From Actinomycetota bacterium (GTDB lineage: Bacteria > Actinomycetota > UBA4738 > HRBIN12): a stretch of DNA of 64,000 nt. This document shows positions 29,361 through 37,913 of this stretch, piece by piece. The position numbers and the translations under genes are program-made. The stretch lies in assembly GCA_046729855.1 (NCBI GenBank), contig JBKPHM010000047.1, positions 1,605-65,604 on the forward strand, in the 5' to 3' direction. Under the pieces are notes generated by a model. It ran no database searches. It was not told where the DNA came from and worked only from the letters and a program-made list of their open reading frames with translations. Positions within the stretch are counted from its first letter, which is position 1. Every line of letters begins with the position of its first letter.

Positions 29361-30311
29361 ATGTGGCGCATGAAGGTCGTCGCGATGGCCGGTGGGATCG
29401 GCGCCGGGAAATTTCTCCGCGGCCTCCTCCGCGTCGTCGAACCGTCCGACGTGACGGTCGTCGTCAACACCGCGGACGACATCGTGATGCACGGGCTCCA
29501 CGTCTGTCCGGACCTCGATTCGGTGACGTACTGGCTCGCCGGCGAGATGGACCGCGAGCGTGGCTGGGGCCGCTCCGGGGAGACGTTCCGCGCGACCGAG
29601 GAGCTACGACGGTTCGACCCGAGCGCCGCGTGGTTCGGGCTCGGCGACCTCGATCTGGGAACGCACCTGTTCCGGACGCGCGCGCTCGCGGCCGGCCTCC
29701 GACTGTCGGAGGTAACGGCACTCGTGTCGTTCCGGTTCGGCGTGGCGTCGCGGATCCTGCCGATGTCGGACGACCAGGTGACGACGCGGATCGTGGTTGT
29801 CCGCGGCGGCGTGCGGGTCGACCTCCACTTTCAGGAATACTGGGTCCGGTTCGGCGCACGCGACGAGGCGAAGGAGATCCGGTTCGACGGTTCCGAGCGC
29901 GCTCGCGCGGCGCCCGGCGTGCTCGATGCCATCGCGTCCGCGGACGCGATCGTGCTGTGCCCCTCGAACCCGGTCGTCTCCCTCGGCCCGATCCTCGCCG
30001 TGCCGGGGATCCGCGAGATGGTCGCGTCCCGGCGCACGGTCGTCTCGGGCGTCTCGCCGATCGTCGGTGGCGTGCCGCTCGCCGGGATGGCGGACCGCCT
30101 GATGCCGGTCGCGGGCCTCCAGGTGTCGGCGGTCGGCGCGGCGTCGGCGTTCGCCGACGTCCTGTCGCACTGGGTGATCGACGAGGCCGACCGGTCGCTC
30201 GCGCCGAACGTCGAGCGGCTGGGAGTGCGCGCGTCCGTGACGGACACAGTGATGCGCGACGACGACGCCGCAGAGGCCCTCGCCCGCGTGGCGCTCGGTC
30301 CGTCCGCGTGA
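29361..30311 (+). CDS. fbiA: 2-phospho-L-lactate transferase
   Basis: MKVVAMAGGIGAGKFLRGL...VVVNTADD...HGLHVCPDLDSVTYWLAG is typical CofD/FbiA. The start is ATG 29361 or ATG 29370. Confidence 0.93.
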   Translation: MWRMKVVAMAGGIGAGKFLRGLLRVVEPSDVTVVVNTADDIVMHGLHVCPDLDSVTYWLAGEMDRERGWGRSGETFRATEELRRFDPSAAWFGLGDLDLGTHLFRTRALAAGLRLSEVTALVSFRFGVASRILPMSDDQVTTRIVVVRGGVRVDLHFQEYWVRFGARDEAKEIRFDGSERARAAPGVLDAIASADAIVLCPSNPVVSLGPILAVPGIREMVASRRTVVSGVSPIVGGVPLAGMADRLMPVAGLQVSAVGAASAFADVLSHWVIDEADRSLAPNVERLGVRASVTDTVMRDDDAAEALARVALGPSA

Positions 30312-30348
30312 GCGACGCATGAGCGCCGCGTGAGCATGGCGTGAGCGT
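30305..30348. repeat. Four tandem 11-bp units CGC(G/A)TGAGC(G/A)N spanning the fbiA stop and the fbiB start
   Basis: cgcgtgagcga / cgcatgagcgc / cgcgtgagcat / ggcgtgagcgt. Unit 1 holds the fbiA TGA and unit 4 holds the fbiB GTG. Confidence 0.9.
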
Positions 30349-31630
30349 CGAGGTCCTGCCCGTCGAGGGCGTCCCCGAGATCCGCGAGGGCGACGAGCTC
30401 GCCGCGATCCTCGCCGACCCGCTCGGCGCACTCGGGCTCCGGGATGGCGACGTCGTGGTCGTGACGCAGAAGGTCGTCTCCACGGCCGAGGGGCGCATCG
30501 TGCCCGCGGGCGACCTCGGTCGCGCCGGGGGGGTCGAACGCGAGTCGGCGCGCGTGGTCGCGCGCCGCGGCGATCTGGTGATCGCACAGACCCGCCACGG
30601 CTTCGTGTGTGCCAACGCCGGCGTCGACGCCTCGAACGTCGAGGCCGGGTTCGTGTCACTGCTGCCGGACGATCCCGACGCGTCGGCCGACCGGATCCGC
30701 GAGGCGCTCACCGAGCGCCTCGGCGTCGATGTCGCCGTCGTCGTGACCGACACGTTCGGACGATCGTGGCGGCGAGGGCTCGTCAACGTCGCGATCGGGT
30801 GTGCGGGACTCCCGGCGCTCGTCGACCTGCGCGGCACCCCGGATCACACGGGCCGTTCGCTCGAGGCCACGGTCGTCGCGCTTGCGGACGAGGTCGCCGC
30901 GGCCAGCGGGCTCGTGATGGCGAAGGACGCAGGCGTGCCGGCCGCCGTCGTGCGCGGCGTCACGGCGCTCGCACCGCCCGGGCTGGCGGCCGACCTCGTC
31001 CGGCCGCCCGAGGAGGATCTGTTCCGCGAGTCGCCGCTGCTGTCGATCTCGGCCCGCCGCACGATCCGAGCTTTCGGCGCTGGCGGCGTGCCCGACGAGG
31101 TCGTGCACGAGGCGGTCCGGGCGGCGTGCACCGCCCCGTCGCCGCACCATTCCCGGCCGTGGCGCTTCACCGCGCTCACGTCGCCGGCGGCCAAGCGCGC
31201 GCTGCTCGCCGCGCTCGCGGCCGCGTGGCGCGAGGATCTCGGCCACGACGGCGTCGCGGCGGATCGGATCGAGCGGCGCATCGCGCGGAGCGACGCGATC
31301 CTGGGCAGCGCGCCCCTGTTGCTGGTCCCGTGGGTCGGCTTCGCCTCGTCGCAGCCCTACCCCGACGCCGAGCGCGCGCAGGCCGAGCAGCGGATGTTCC
31401 TGCTGTCCGCGGGGGCGGCGGTACAGAACCTGTTGTTGGCGCTCCACGCGCAGGGGTACGCGTCGGCGTGGCTTGCCTCGACGCTCTTCTGTCAGGACGA
31501 GACGCGCGAGGTGCTCGGGATGCCCGAGGGGTGGCTGGCGCTCGGCACCATCGCGGTGGGGCCGATGCCGGCCGGGGCCCCGGTACTCCGGCCAGCGATT
31601 GACCTCGACGAGTTCCTGCGGTTCGTCTGA
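30341..31630 (+). CDS. fbiB: Bifunctional F420 gamma-glutamyl ligase / dehydro-F420-0 reductase (CofE plus nitroreductase domain)
   Basis: N-terminal CofE-like region (VVVTQKVVSTAEGR, FVCANAGVDASN) plus a C-terminal nitroreductase-like domain. 429 aa, as in actinobacterial FbiB. Confidence 0.93.
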   Translation: MSVEVLPVEGVPEIREGDELAAILADPLGALGLRDGDVVVVTQKVVSTAEGRIVPAGDLGRAGGVERESARVVARRGDLVIAQTRHGFVCANAGVDASNVEAGFVSLLPDDPDASADRIREALTERLGVDVAVVVTDTFGRSWRRGLVNVAIGCAGLPALVDLRGTPDHTGRSLEATVVALADEVAAASGLVMAKDAGVPAAVVRGVTALAPPGLAADLVRPPEEDLFRESPLLSISARRTIRAFGAGGVPDEVVHEAVRAACTAPSPHHSRPWRFTALTSPAAKRALLAALAAAWREDLGHDGVAADRIERRIARSDAILGSAPLLLVPWVGFASSQPYPDAERAQAEQRMFLLSAGAAVQNLLLALHAQGYASAWLASTLFCQDETREVLGMPEGWLALGTIAVGPMPAGAPVLRPAIDLDEFLRFV

Positions 31631-31634
31631 GGCG

Positions 31635-33053
31635 TCAGACGACGCCGTGGACGAAGTACCAGGTGAACACGGCCGAGACGACGTACAGCAACGGGTGCAC
31701 GTCGCGCGCCCTGCCGCGCAGCACCGCGATCACCGTGTACGCGAGGAAGCCGGCGCCGACGCCGTTCGTGATGCTGAACGTCAGCGGCATCACGATGATC
31801 GTTAGCAGTGCTGGGATCCCGATGCCTGGATCGTTCCAGTCGATGTCCTTGACCAGCCGCATCATGAAGTAGCCGACGACGACGAGGACGGGAGCGGTCG
31901 CCTCACTCGGGATCACTCCAGCCAACGGCGAGAGGAACAGCGCGAGCAGGAACAGCGCGCCGACGACCACGCTGGTCAGGCCGGTCCGCCCGCCCTCGGA
32001 CACGCCGGCCGCGCTCTCGATGTACGTGGTGTTCGAGGACGATGACGTCAGCCCACCAGTCGCGGCGCCGATGGAGTCCACGAGCAGAACGCGGTTGATC
32101 CCGGGCAGCCTCCCGTCGCGGTCGAGCAGGTTGGCCTCGCCGCCCAGCCCGATCACGGTCCCCATCGTGTCGAAGAAGTCCGACAGCATCACGGACAGAA
32201 CCACGGCGATCGCGGTTGCGATCCCGAGCACCTCGATGAATCCGAACGAGAAGTTCCCGATCAGCGCGAAGTCCGGCGTTGCCACGAGGGTGTCCGGGAT
32301 CGCCGCGATGCCGGGGAACCAGATCTCGCTCGAGGCGACCCCGTTGACGATCATCGCGACGACGGTCGTGGCCACGATGCTGATCAACAGCGCGCCTCGG
32401 ACGCGCCTAGCGACGAGGCCGGCCGTGATGGCAAGCCCGATGACGAACACAAGGATGTTCAGCGTCGTCAGGTCGACGATCTTCGGGAGCCACTGACCGG
32501 AGTCCAGCTGGAAGACGTCGTAGAGATGCGATCCGCCCGTGTTGCCGACCGTGGCGAACCCGATAAACGCGATGAAGAGGCCGATCCCGATCCCGATCGC
32601 GCGCTTCAGGTCCATCGGGATCGCGTTCAGGACGGCTTCCCGGAACCCCGTGAGGACGAGGATGGTGATCACGATCCCCTCGGCAACGATCACGCCCATC
32701 GCCTGCGGCCATGTCAGGCCGCTCCCGGCGACCAGGGTGAACGCGACGAACGCGTTGAGACCGAGCCCGGCCGCAAGTGCGAACGGGTAGTTGGCGAAGA
32801 GTCCCATCGCGAGCGTGAGGAGGCCGGCCGCAAGCGCCGTGACCGTCAGGACCTGATCGAAGGCGAGGGCCTGCCCGTCGGCGTCGGGGAGGTTCCCGAG
32901 CGTCTGCGGGTTCACGAACAGGATGTAGGCCATCGTCAGCCACGTGGCCACGCCGGCGACGACCTCGGTGCGGACGGTCGACCCGCGTTCGGAGATCTTG
33001 AAGAACCGATCGAGACCCGACCGTTCCCCGGTGGTTCGTACCTCGGTCTGCAT
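31635..33053 (-). CDS. NCS2/AzgA-family nucleobase (adenine/guanine/hypoxanthine) permease
   Basis: Internal ATG 33053 is preceded by GAGGGGGG. MQTEVRTTGERSGLDRFFKISERGSTVRTEVVAGVATWLTMAYILFVNPQ is the typical AzgA/PbuG N-terminus. 472 aa. Confidence 0.9.
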   Translation of the reverse strand: MQTEVRTTGERSGLDRFFKISERGSTVRTEVVAGVATWLTMAYILFVNPQTLGNLPDADGQALAFDQVLTVTALAAGLLTLAMGLFANYPFALAAGLGLNAFVAFTLVAGSGLTWPQAMGVIVAEGIVITILVLTGFREAVLNAIPMDLKRAIGIGIGLFIAFIGFATVGNTGGSHLYDVFQLDSGQWLPKIVDLTTLNILVFVIGLAITAGLVARRVRGALLISIVATTVVAMIVNGVASSEIWFPGIAAIPDTLVATPDFALIGNFSFGFIEVLGIATAIAVVLSVMLSDFFDTMGTVIGLGGEANLLDRDGRLPGINRVLLVDSIGAATGGLTSSSSNTTYIESAAGVSEGGRTGLTSVVVGALFLLALFLSPLAGVIPSEATAPVLVVVGYFMMRLVKDIDWNDPGIGIPALLTIIVMPLTFSITNGVGAGFLAYTVIAVLRGRARDVHPLLYVVSAVFTWYFVHGVV

Positions 33054-33218
33054 GCGCCCCCCTCGCTCGATGGGCCCCGGCGTCCGGGGCGGGCCTGGGG
33101 GAAGGCGGCAGCAGCATAGGGAGGCGACGCGGCGCGCGCAACGCGACGGAGGAGTCTTCGGCTCCGGCCGGTATCCTGGAAAGTCACGGGCATACGCCGG
33201 ATACGAGGAGCGCATCAG

Positions 33219-33953
33219 GTGGCGAGCAAGCAGCAGCAGCGGCGGGCGAGGGGCGCGGCGCCGGCCGGGCGTCCGACCAAGGCGGAGCGCCGGGAGATGG
33301 CACGGCGCCAGCGCGACGAGCTGCGCCGCAAGGCGGCGCGCGCCCGTCGCAACCGTCGCGTCGTCATCTGGGCCATCGTCGCCGCCGTGATCGCCGGCGG
33401 CGTATGGTTCTATACGTCGGACAGCGACGGGAACGGCTCCGAAGCGAGGGGCGTCCCGCTGCCCGGCATGATGACCGGGACGGCGCCGTGGCCCGCGAAC
33501 CTCGACCAGCTGGGGTCTCGGCTCGATCGGCTGGACCTGCCGCCCTTCAGCTCGCAGGTCGCGTTGCACAAGCACTCGCACCTCGACCTCTTCGTGAACG
33601 GCGCCTCCGTTCCGGTGCCGGCGGACATTGGATGGGCCGCGAACGCCCAGTCCGCGCTCCACACGCACGACGACGCAGGCGTCATCCACCTAGAGAGCGG
33701 CGACGCCAACGCGCGCTTCACCCTCGGCGAGTTCTTCGACGTGTGGGGCGTCCGCCTGTCGCCGACGTGCCTGGGCGGGTACTGCGAGCAGGGCGACAAA
33801 TCGCTGCACGTGTTCGTCGACGGCGAACCGATCACGGAGGACCCGCGGCAGATCGAGCTCACGGACCAGTCCGAGATCACGATCGCGTACGGGACGGACG
33901 AGGAAGTGCCGGACCCGCTGCCGACGTTCGACTGGTCGCAGCTCCAGCCGTAG
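33219..33953 (+). CDS. Membrane-anchored hypothetical protein with His-rich extracytoplasmic domain
   Basis: GAGGAG SD, GTG start, basic N-terminus, then one TM (VVIWAIVAAVIAGGVWF). Contains HKHSH and HTHDD..IH motifs and a CLGGYC pair. High GC3. Confidence 0.7.
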   Translation: MASKQQQRRARGAAPAGRPTKAERREMARRQRDELRRKAARARRNRRVVIWAIVAAVIAGGVWFYTSDSDGNGSEARGVPLPGMMTGTAPWPANLDQLGSRLDRLDLPPFSSQVALHKHSHLDLFVNGASVPVPADIGWAANAQSALHTHDDAGVIHLESGDANARFTLGEFFDVWGVRLSPTCLGGYCEQGDKSLHVFVDGEPITEDPRQIELTDQSEITIAYGTDEEVPDPLPTFDWSQLQP

Positions 33954-33969
33954 CGCGCAGGCGGACTGG

Positions 33970-35487
33970 CTACAAAGCGGAGGCCCTGCAGCCCGTATCG
34001 GTGCAGGTGATGACGCCGTGCTCGAACCGCGCGCGGGTGCTGCCGTCGGCGAGCCGGCGGGAATCCGTCGTCGGGAACCCGAGCCAGCCGCTCGGGCCTC
34101 CTTCCTTCAGGTAAGCGCGGAGGACCGCCCCGCTTAGCAGGTGCGCGCCCACGCTGTCCTTCACGAAGATCTGGCCCTGCTGGAACGTCTGACGCGCGCC
34201 GCCGGCCACCGCGACGCGGCGCGACTTCGGGAGCCCCGGGCGGCACCGGACCGCGTCGTACTTCTGCCGGATCGTCCCGATGACCTGACGGTTCGCGTTG
34301 ATCCAGACCCGGTCGTCTCGGAGGCCGAGCCTGGCCCGCAGCGTTCCACCGGAGATCGACTCTCGGCCGCTGCGTCCCACGATCGTGACCGTGACGATCC
34401 GGCCCGAGACTCCGCGCCGGACGTCGGTGAACGCTCTCACTCGCCCGACCCCAAGGCCGAGTCGGCGCGTCACCGTCTCCGCGGTCATCGTCGTCTTCCA
34501 GACCGCATTGGGGTTGGCGCTCGTGTAATCGCCCGGATCGCAGACGCCGCGGAGGTACGGGAGCGGCGTGCCGCCCCAGACGTTCTCGTTGTTCTCGGTG
34601 TGGCCGCCGCTCGAGGACGCGTAGAACGCCTGGATCATCTCGTTCTGGTGCGTGACGACACGACCGTCGGTCGCGTTCACGGCGGCGACCCACCGCTCGC
34701 CGTCCGGTCCGCCCTCCTTGTCCCAACCGGCGTAGACCTGGTCGAACGCGCTCGCGTATAGGGCGCAGTTGCAGCCCGCCCGGTGCTGGCCCGACAGCTG
34801 GACCTTGCGGAGCGCGTACGTCCGCGCCGCGATCGACTGCGCCTCCAGCGCGGCCCTCGGCCAGCTGCTCGGGACCTCGGAGATGCCGTAGAGGTAGTCC
34901 TGCGGCGCGATCGACAGCACGAGCCGCATGCGACAGTCCGACGAGCAACGGTAGATGTTGAACTCGATCCACCCGCGGTTGTATGTGTGTCCCGCCTCGG
35001 GGACCCGCACGCGGGCGCCGTTCGGCTGGTAGACCGCGAACAGGTCGGTGCTCGGGCCGCCGACCCCGCTCGCAACACGATGGCCCGACTGGTCGATCAC
35101 CTTGTAGGCGCCGTCGACCACGCGTACGACCCACGTCTCACCGCCCGGGATCGTCGCGATCGTCTCGCCGCCTTGTGTACCCAGCCGCAGCTCGACGGCA
35201 CCTGACTCGGCGGCCAGGCGGACCTTCCCCTTGCCTTGCACGAGGCCGATCCGCAGGCGCGCGGGCGGCGACTCGGCGGCCTCGACCTCCGTGTGGCGGT
35301 AGAAGTGGCGCAGGATCCTGCCCGACTCCCACCCGTCGAGCGACAGGCCGTACGCGCCCCACTGCGACAGCCCCAAGCCATGGCCCCAGCCCGAGCCGAA
35401 GAACGTGAACGAGTCGGCGGCGCGCGCCGCGCCCGTCGGAAGGGCGAGCACCGACAGGATGAGGCCAGCTACGAGGAGTCTTCGCAT
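33970..35487 (-). CDS. SpoIID/LytB domain protein
   Basis: Signal peptide MRRLLVAGLILSVLALPTGAARA. GHGLGLSQWGAYG and YASSSGGHTENNENVWGG motifs. Confidence 0.88.
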   Translation of the reverse strand: MRRLLVAGLILSVLALPTGAARAADSFTFFGSGWGHGLGLSQWGAYGLSLDGWESGRILRHFYRHTEVEAAESPPARLRIGLVQGKGKVRLAAESGAVELRLGTQGGETIATIPGGETWVVRVVDGAYKVIDQSGHRVASGVGGPSTDLFAVYQPNGARVRVPEAGHTYNRGWIEFNIYRCSSDCRMRLVLSIAPQDYLYGISEVPSSWPRAALEAQSIAARTYALRKVQLSGQHRAGCNCALYASAFDQVYAGWDKEGGPDGERWVAAVNATDGRVVTHQNEMIQAFYASSSGGHTENNENVWGGTPLPYLRGVCDPGDYTSANPNAVWKTTMTAETVTRRLGLGVGRVRAFTDVRRGVSGRIVTVTIVGRSGRESISGGTLRARLGLRDDRVWINANRQVIGTIRQKYDAVRCRPGLPKSRRVAVAGGARQTFQQGQIFVKDSVGAHLLSGAVLRAYLKEGGPSGWLGFPTTDSRRLADGSTRARFEHGVITCTDTGCRASAL

Positions 35488-35561
35488 CTTCTTCGCGTTT
35501 GCGCGTTCGTGGAGGCCCAAACGGGGCGGCACGCTACCACATCGGCCCGGGGGCTTCGAAC

Positions 35562-36578
35562 TCAACCGGCCTCCTGCCCGGCCGAGACGCGGGCCCCCTC
35601 GAGGGCCGCGCCGGGAGGGACGCTCGCGCCCTCGGCCAGGACGGAGGCGACCACGGTCGCCCCCTCGCCGACGGTCACCCCCGGGCCCAGGATCGACGTG
35701 GTGACGCGGGCGCCGGCCCGGACCTCAGCGCCTGAGAGGAGCACTGAGTCGTCGATCTCAGCATCGCGCGCAACGCTGGCCCCTCGCGCGATCACGACCC
35801 ACCGTCCCAGGTGCGCCCGCAGGTCGATTCCCGACGGCTCCGCAACGTACGGGCCCCCGATCGCGCCGTACCCTGCGACGCGTCCCTCGAGCATGTCGAA
35901 GTGCGCCCGCAGGTAGTTCTCCGGCGTGCCGAGGTCCAGCCAGTACGGCGCCGATACGAACCCGAAGACGGCCTCGCCGTTGGCGATCAGCGCCGGGAAG
36001 ATCTCGCGCTCGATCGAGATCGCGCGGTCGGGCGCCCAGGCTCGCAACGCGCGCGGGTCGAGCAGGTAGGTGCCGGCGTTGACGTCACCGGGGACGAGCT
36101 GCTCGGGCTTTTCGAGGAACGCGACCACGCGCCCGTCCTCATCGGTCGGTACCAGCCCGAACGGCCGCGCGTCGTCGACGTGCTGGAGCGCGATCGTGAC
36201 AGCGGCCCCGTGATTGCGATGGAAGGTCAGCATCGCCGTCAGGTCCAGGTCCGTAAGGATGTCGCCGTTCAGCGCGAAGATCGGCTCATCGCCCACCTGC
36301 TCGAGCGCGTTCACGATCGCGCCGCCGGTGCCGAGCGGCGTCCCCTCGGTGATCCACGTGATCGCGGGATCGCCGCGGCGCGCGTCGATGAACGCGCGGA
36401 ACGTCTCCTCGTGGTACGACGACGACAGGACGACCTCGTGGACGCCGTGGCGAGCCAGGTGGTCTAACACGTGGTCTAGCGACGGCCGATCCAGCAGCGG
36501 CACGAGCGGCTTGGGGATCGTTTCGGTGAGCGGGCGCAGCCGCGTCCCCTCGCCGCCGACCAGCACGACCGCCTTCAC
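35562..36578 (-). CDS. Mannose-1-phosphate guanylyltransferase-like sugar nucleotidyltransferase (NTP_transferase plus LbH)
   Basis: VKAVVLVGGEGTRLRPLTETIPKPLVPLLDRP with C-terminal hexapeptide repeats. GTG 36578 overlaps the GT2 stop. Position matches mycobacterial manB(Rv3264c)/wbbL1. Confidence 0.88.
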   Translation of the reverse strand: MKAVVLVGGEGTRLRPLTETIPKPLVPLLDRPSLDHVLDHLARHGVHEVVLSSSYHEETFRAFIDARRGDPAITWITEGTPLGTGGAIVNALEQVGDEPIFALNGDILTDLDLTAMLTFHRNHGAAVTIALQHVDDARPFGLVPTDEDGRVVAFLEKPEQLVPGDVNAGTYLLDPRALRAWAPDRAISIEREIFPALIANGEAVFGFVSAPYWLDLGTPENYLRAHFDMLEGRVAGYGAIGGPYVAEPSGIDLRAHLGRWVVIARGASVARDAEIDDSVLLSGAEVRAGARVTTSILGPGVTVGEGATVVASVLAEGASVPPGAALEGARVSAGQEAG

Positions 36579-37453
36579 GAGGGCCGTCCGATCGCTCGGC
36601 CGCGGAGCCACTCGAGCTCGGCGCGCACCCGGAGCACCAGCCACGCGAGCGGCAGCGTCGCGCGCCTCCATCCACGCGCGCGGTGCTTGCGGTAGTAGCG
36701 GTAGATGCTCGTCGAGTGCATTCGCAAGATCCGGCGTGAGTGGCCCGTGGACACGCCGATCTCGTGGAGCACCTCGATCTCGGGCGTGAACAGGACGCTC
36801 CAGCCCGCGTTGTGGAGTCTCGTCGCGATGTCCAGCTCCTCCCCGTACAGCGGGAAGCCCTCGTCGAACCCGCCGACGTCCTCGAACGCCTCCCGCGGGA
36901 TCAGCAGGCACGCGCCGGAGACCCAGTCGACCTCGCGCTCGGACGTCCGGTCCCAGCCGTCCATGTGGTACCGGCGTGTGAAGCGGTTCCGCGGCCGGAC
37001 CGTGCCGAGGAAGGCATGGGCGACCGCGTCCGTCACCCGCGGGAACGGCCTACCGCTCGGGTACACCGTGCCGTCCATGTTCCGCAGGAGCGGGCCGAGG
37101 ATGCCGGCGTGGGGCCGGTTCCGGGCGACCTCGAGGTAATCGGCGAGCGTGCCGCGCCACCATTCGGTGTCGGGGTTCAGGAACAGCACGTACGGCGCCT
37201 GCGTTGCCGCGGCGCCCTGGTTCCAGGCCGGCGACAGGTACCGGTTCTCCGGGTTCTCGATCAGCCGGACGCTCGGCCCGGCGGCCTTCGCCGCCAAGTG
37301 GCTGCCATCGGACGACGCGTTGTCGATCACGAGGACGTCCACATCGATCTCGCCCCGATGCTTCTCCAGCGCGCGGAGGCAGCGTTCCAGGTACAGGCCC
37401 GTGTTGTAGTTCACGATCACGACGGCCAGGTCGGCCGTCCACGGCTCGCGCAT
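36575..37453 (-). CDS. GT2 glycosyltransferase, WbbL-like rhamnosyltransferase
   Basis: LAVVIVNYNTGLYLERCL...VLVIDNASSDGS...LNPDTEW...GACLLIPREAFEDVGGFDEGFPLYGEELD. ATG 37453 overlaps the upstream stop. 292 aa. Confidence 0.85.
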   Translation of the reverse strand: MREPWTADLAVVIVNYNTGLYLERCLRALEKHRGEIDVDVLVIDNASSDGSHLAAKAAGPSVRLIENPENRYLSPAWNQGAAATQAPYVLFLNPDTEWWRGTLADYLEVARNRPHAGILGPLLRNMDGTVYPSGRPFPRVTDAVAHAFLGTVRPRNRFTRRYHMDGWDRTSEREVDWVSGACLLIPREAFEDVGGFDEGFPLYGEELDIATRLHNAGWSVLFTPEIEVLHEIGVSTGHSRRILRMHSTSIYRYYRKHRARGWRRATLPLAWLVLRVRAELEWLRGRAIGRPS

Positions 37454-37830
37454 CAGGCGTGCGGAGTCCGCGAGATCAGCACGATACCCGTCACAATGAA
37501 CGCGACCCCACCCCATCGCAGCGCGGGAACGCTCTCCTTCAGCCAGAACCGGTCGAACAGCAGGATCAGCACGTACGTCAGCGATGCGAACGGGTACGCG
37601 AACGACAGCGACGCGCGCGACAGCACGGCGAGCCACACGATCGCCGACATGCCGAACAGCAACAGGCCGGCGTAGATCCACGGGGTCGTGACGAGGACGC
37701 GAAACGACGTCGTGTCCATCCCAAACTTCGCCGGCGCGAGGTCGGCGTTCACGCCGTTCATGCCGTGCTTGAGCGTGAGCTGCGCGACGGCCGCGAGGCC
37801 GACCGACAGCAGGATCATCCCGATCAGCAT
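37453..37830 (-). CDS. Small 4-TM EamA/SMR-like membrane protein (possible lipid-linked sugar flippase subunit)
   Basis: MLIGMILLSVGLAAVAQLTLKHG...GGVAFIVTGIVLI. ATG 37830 is preceded by GGAGAAGGAG. The upstream extension to GTG 37917 uses rare codons. Confidence 0.65.
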   Translation of the reverse strand: MLIGMILLSVGLAAVAQLTLKHGMNGVNADLAPAKFGMDTTSFRVLVTTPWIYAGLLLFGMSAIVWLAVLSRASLSFAYPFASLTYVLILLFDRFWLKESVPALRWGGVAFIVTGIVLISRTPHA

Positions 37831-37913
37831 GGGTCGTCTGGTCTCCTTCTCCGTCCTTGGCTCATTCCTTGGCTCGGTTGGCTCAGATGTGGGCGGCGCC
37901 AGCGGTTCGACGT

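Noticed and set aside
33054-33218. Purine (guanine/adenine) riboswitch in the 165-nt leader of the nucleobase permease.
   Set aside because: I could only fold a simple GUAUCC/GGAUAC hairpin and a GGAG/CUCC hairpin. I found no three-way junction, no conserved J2/3 UUUCUACC-type core, and no loop-loop complementarity.
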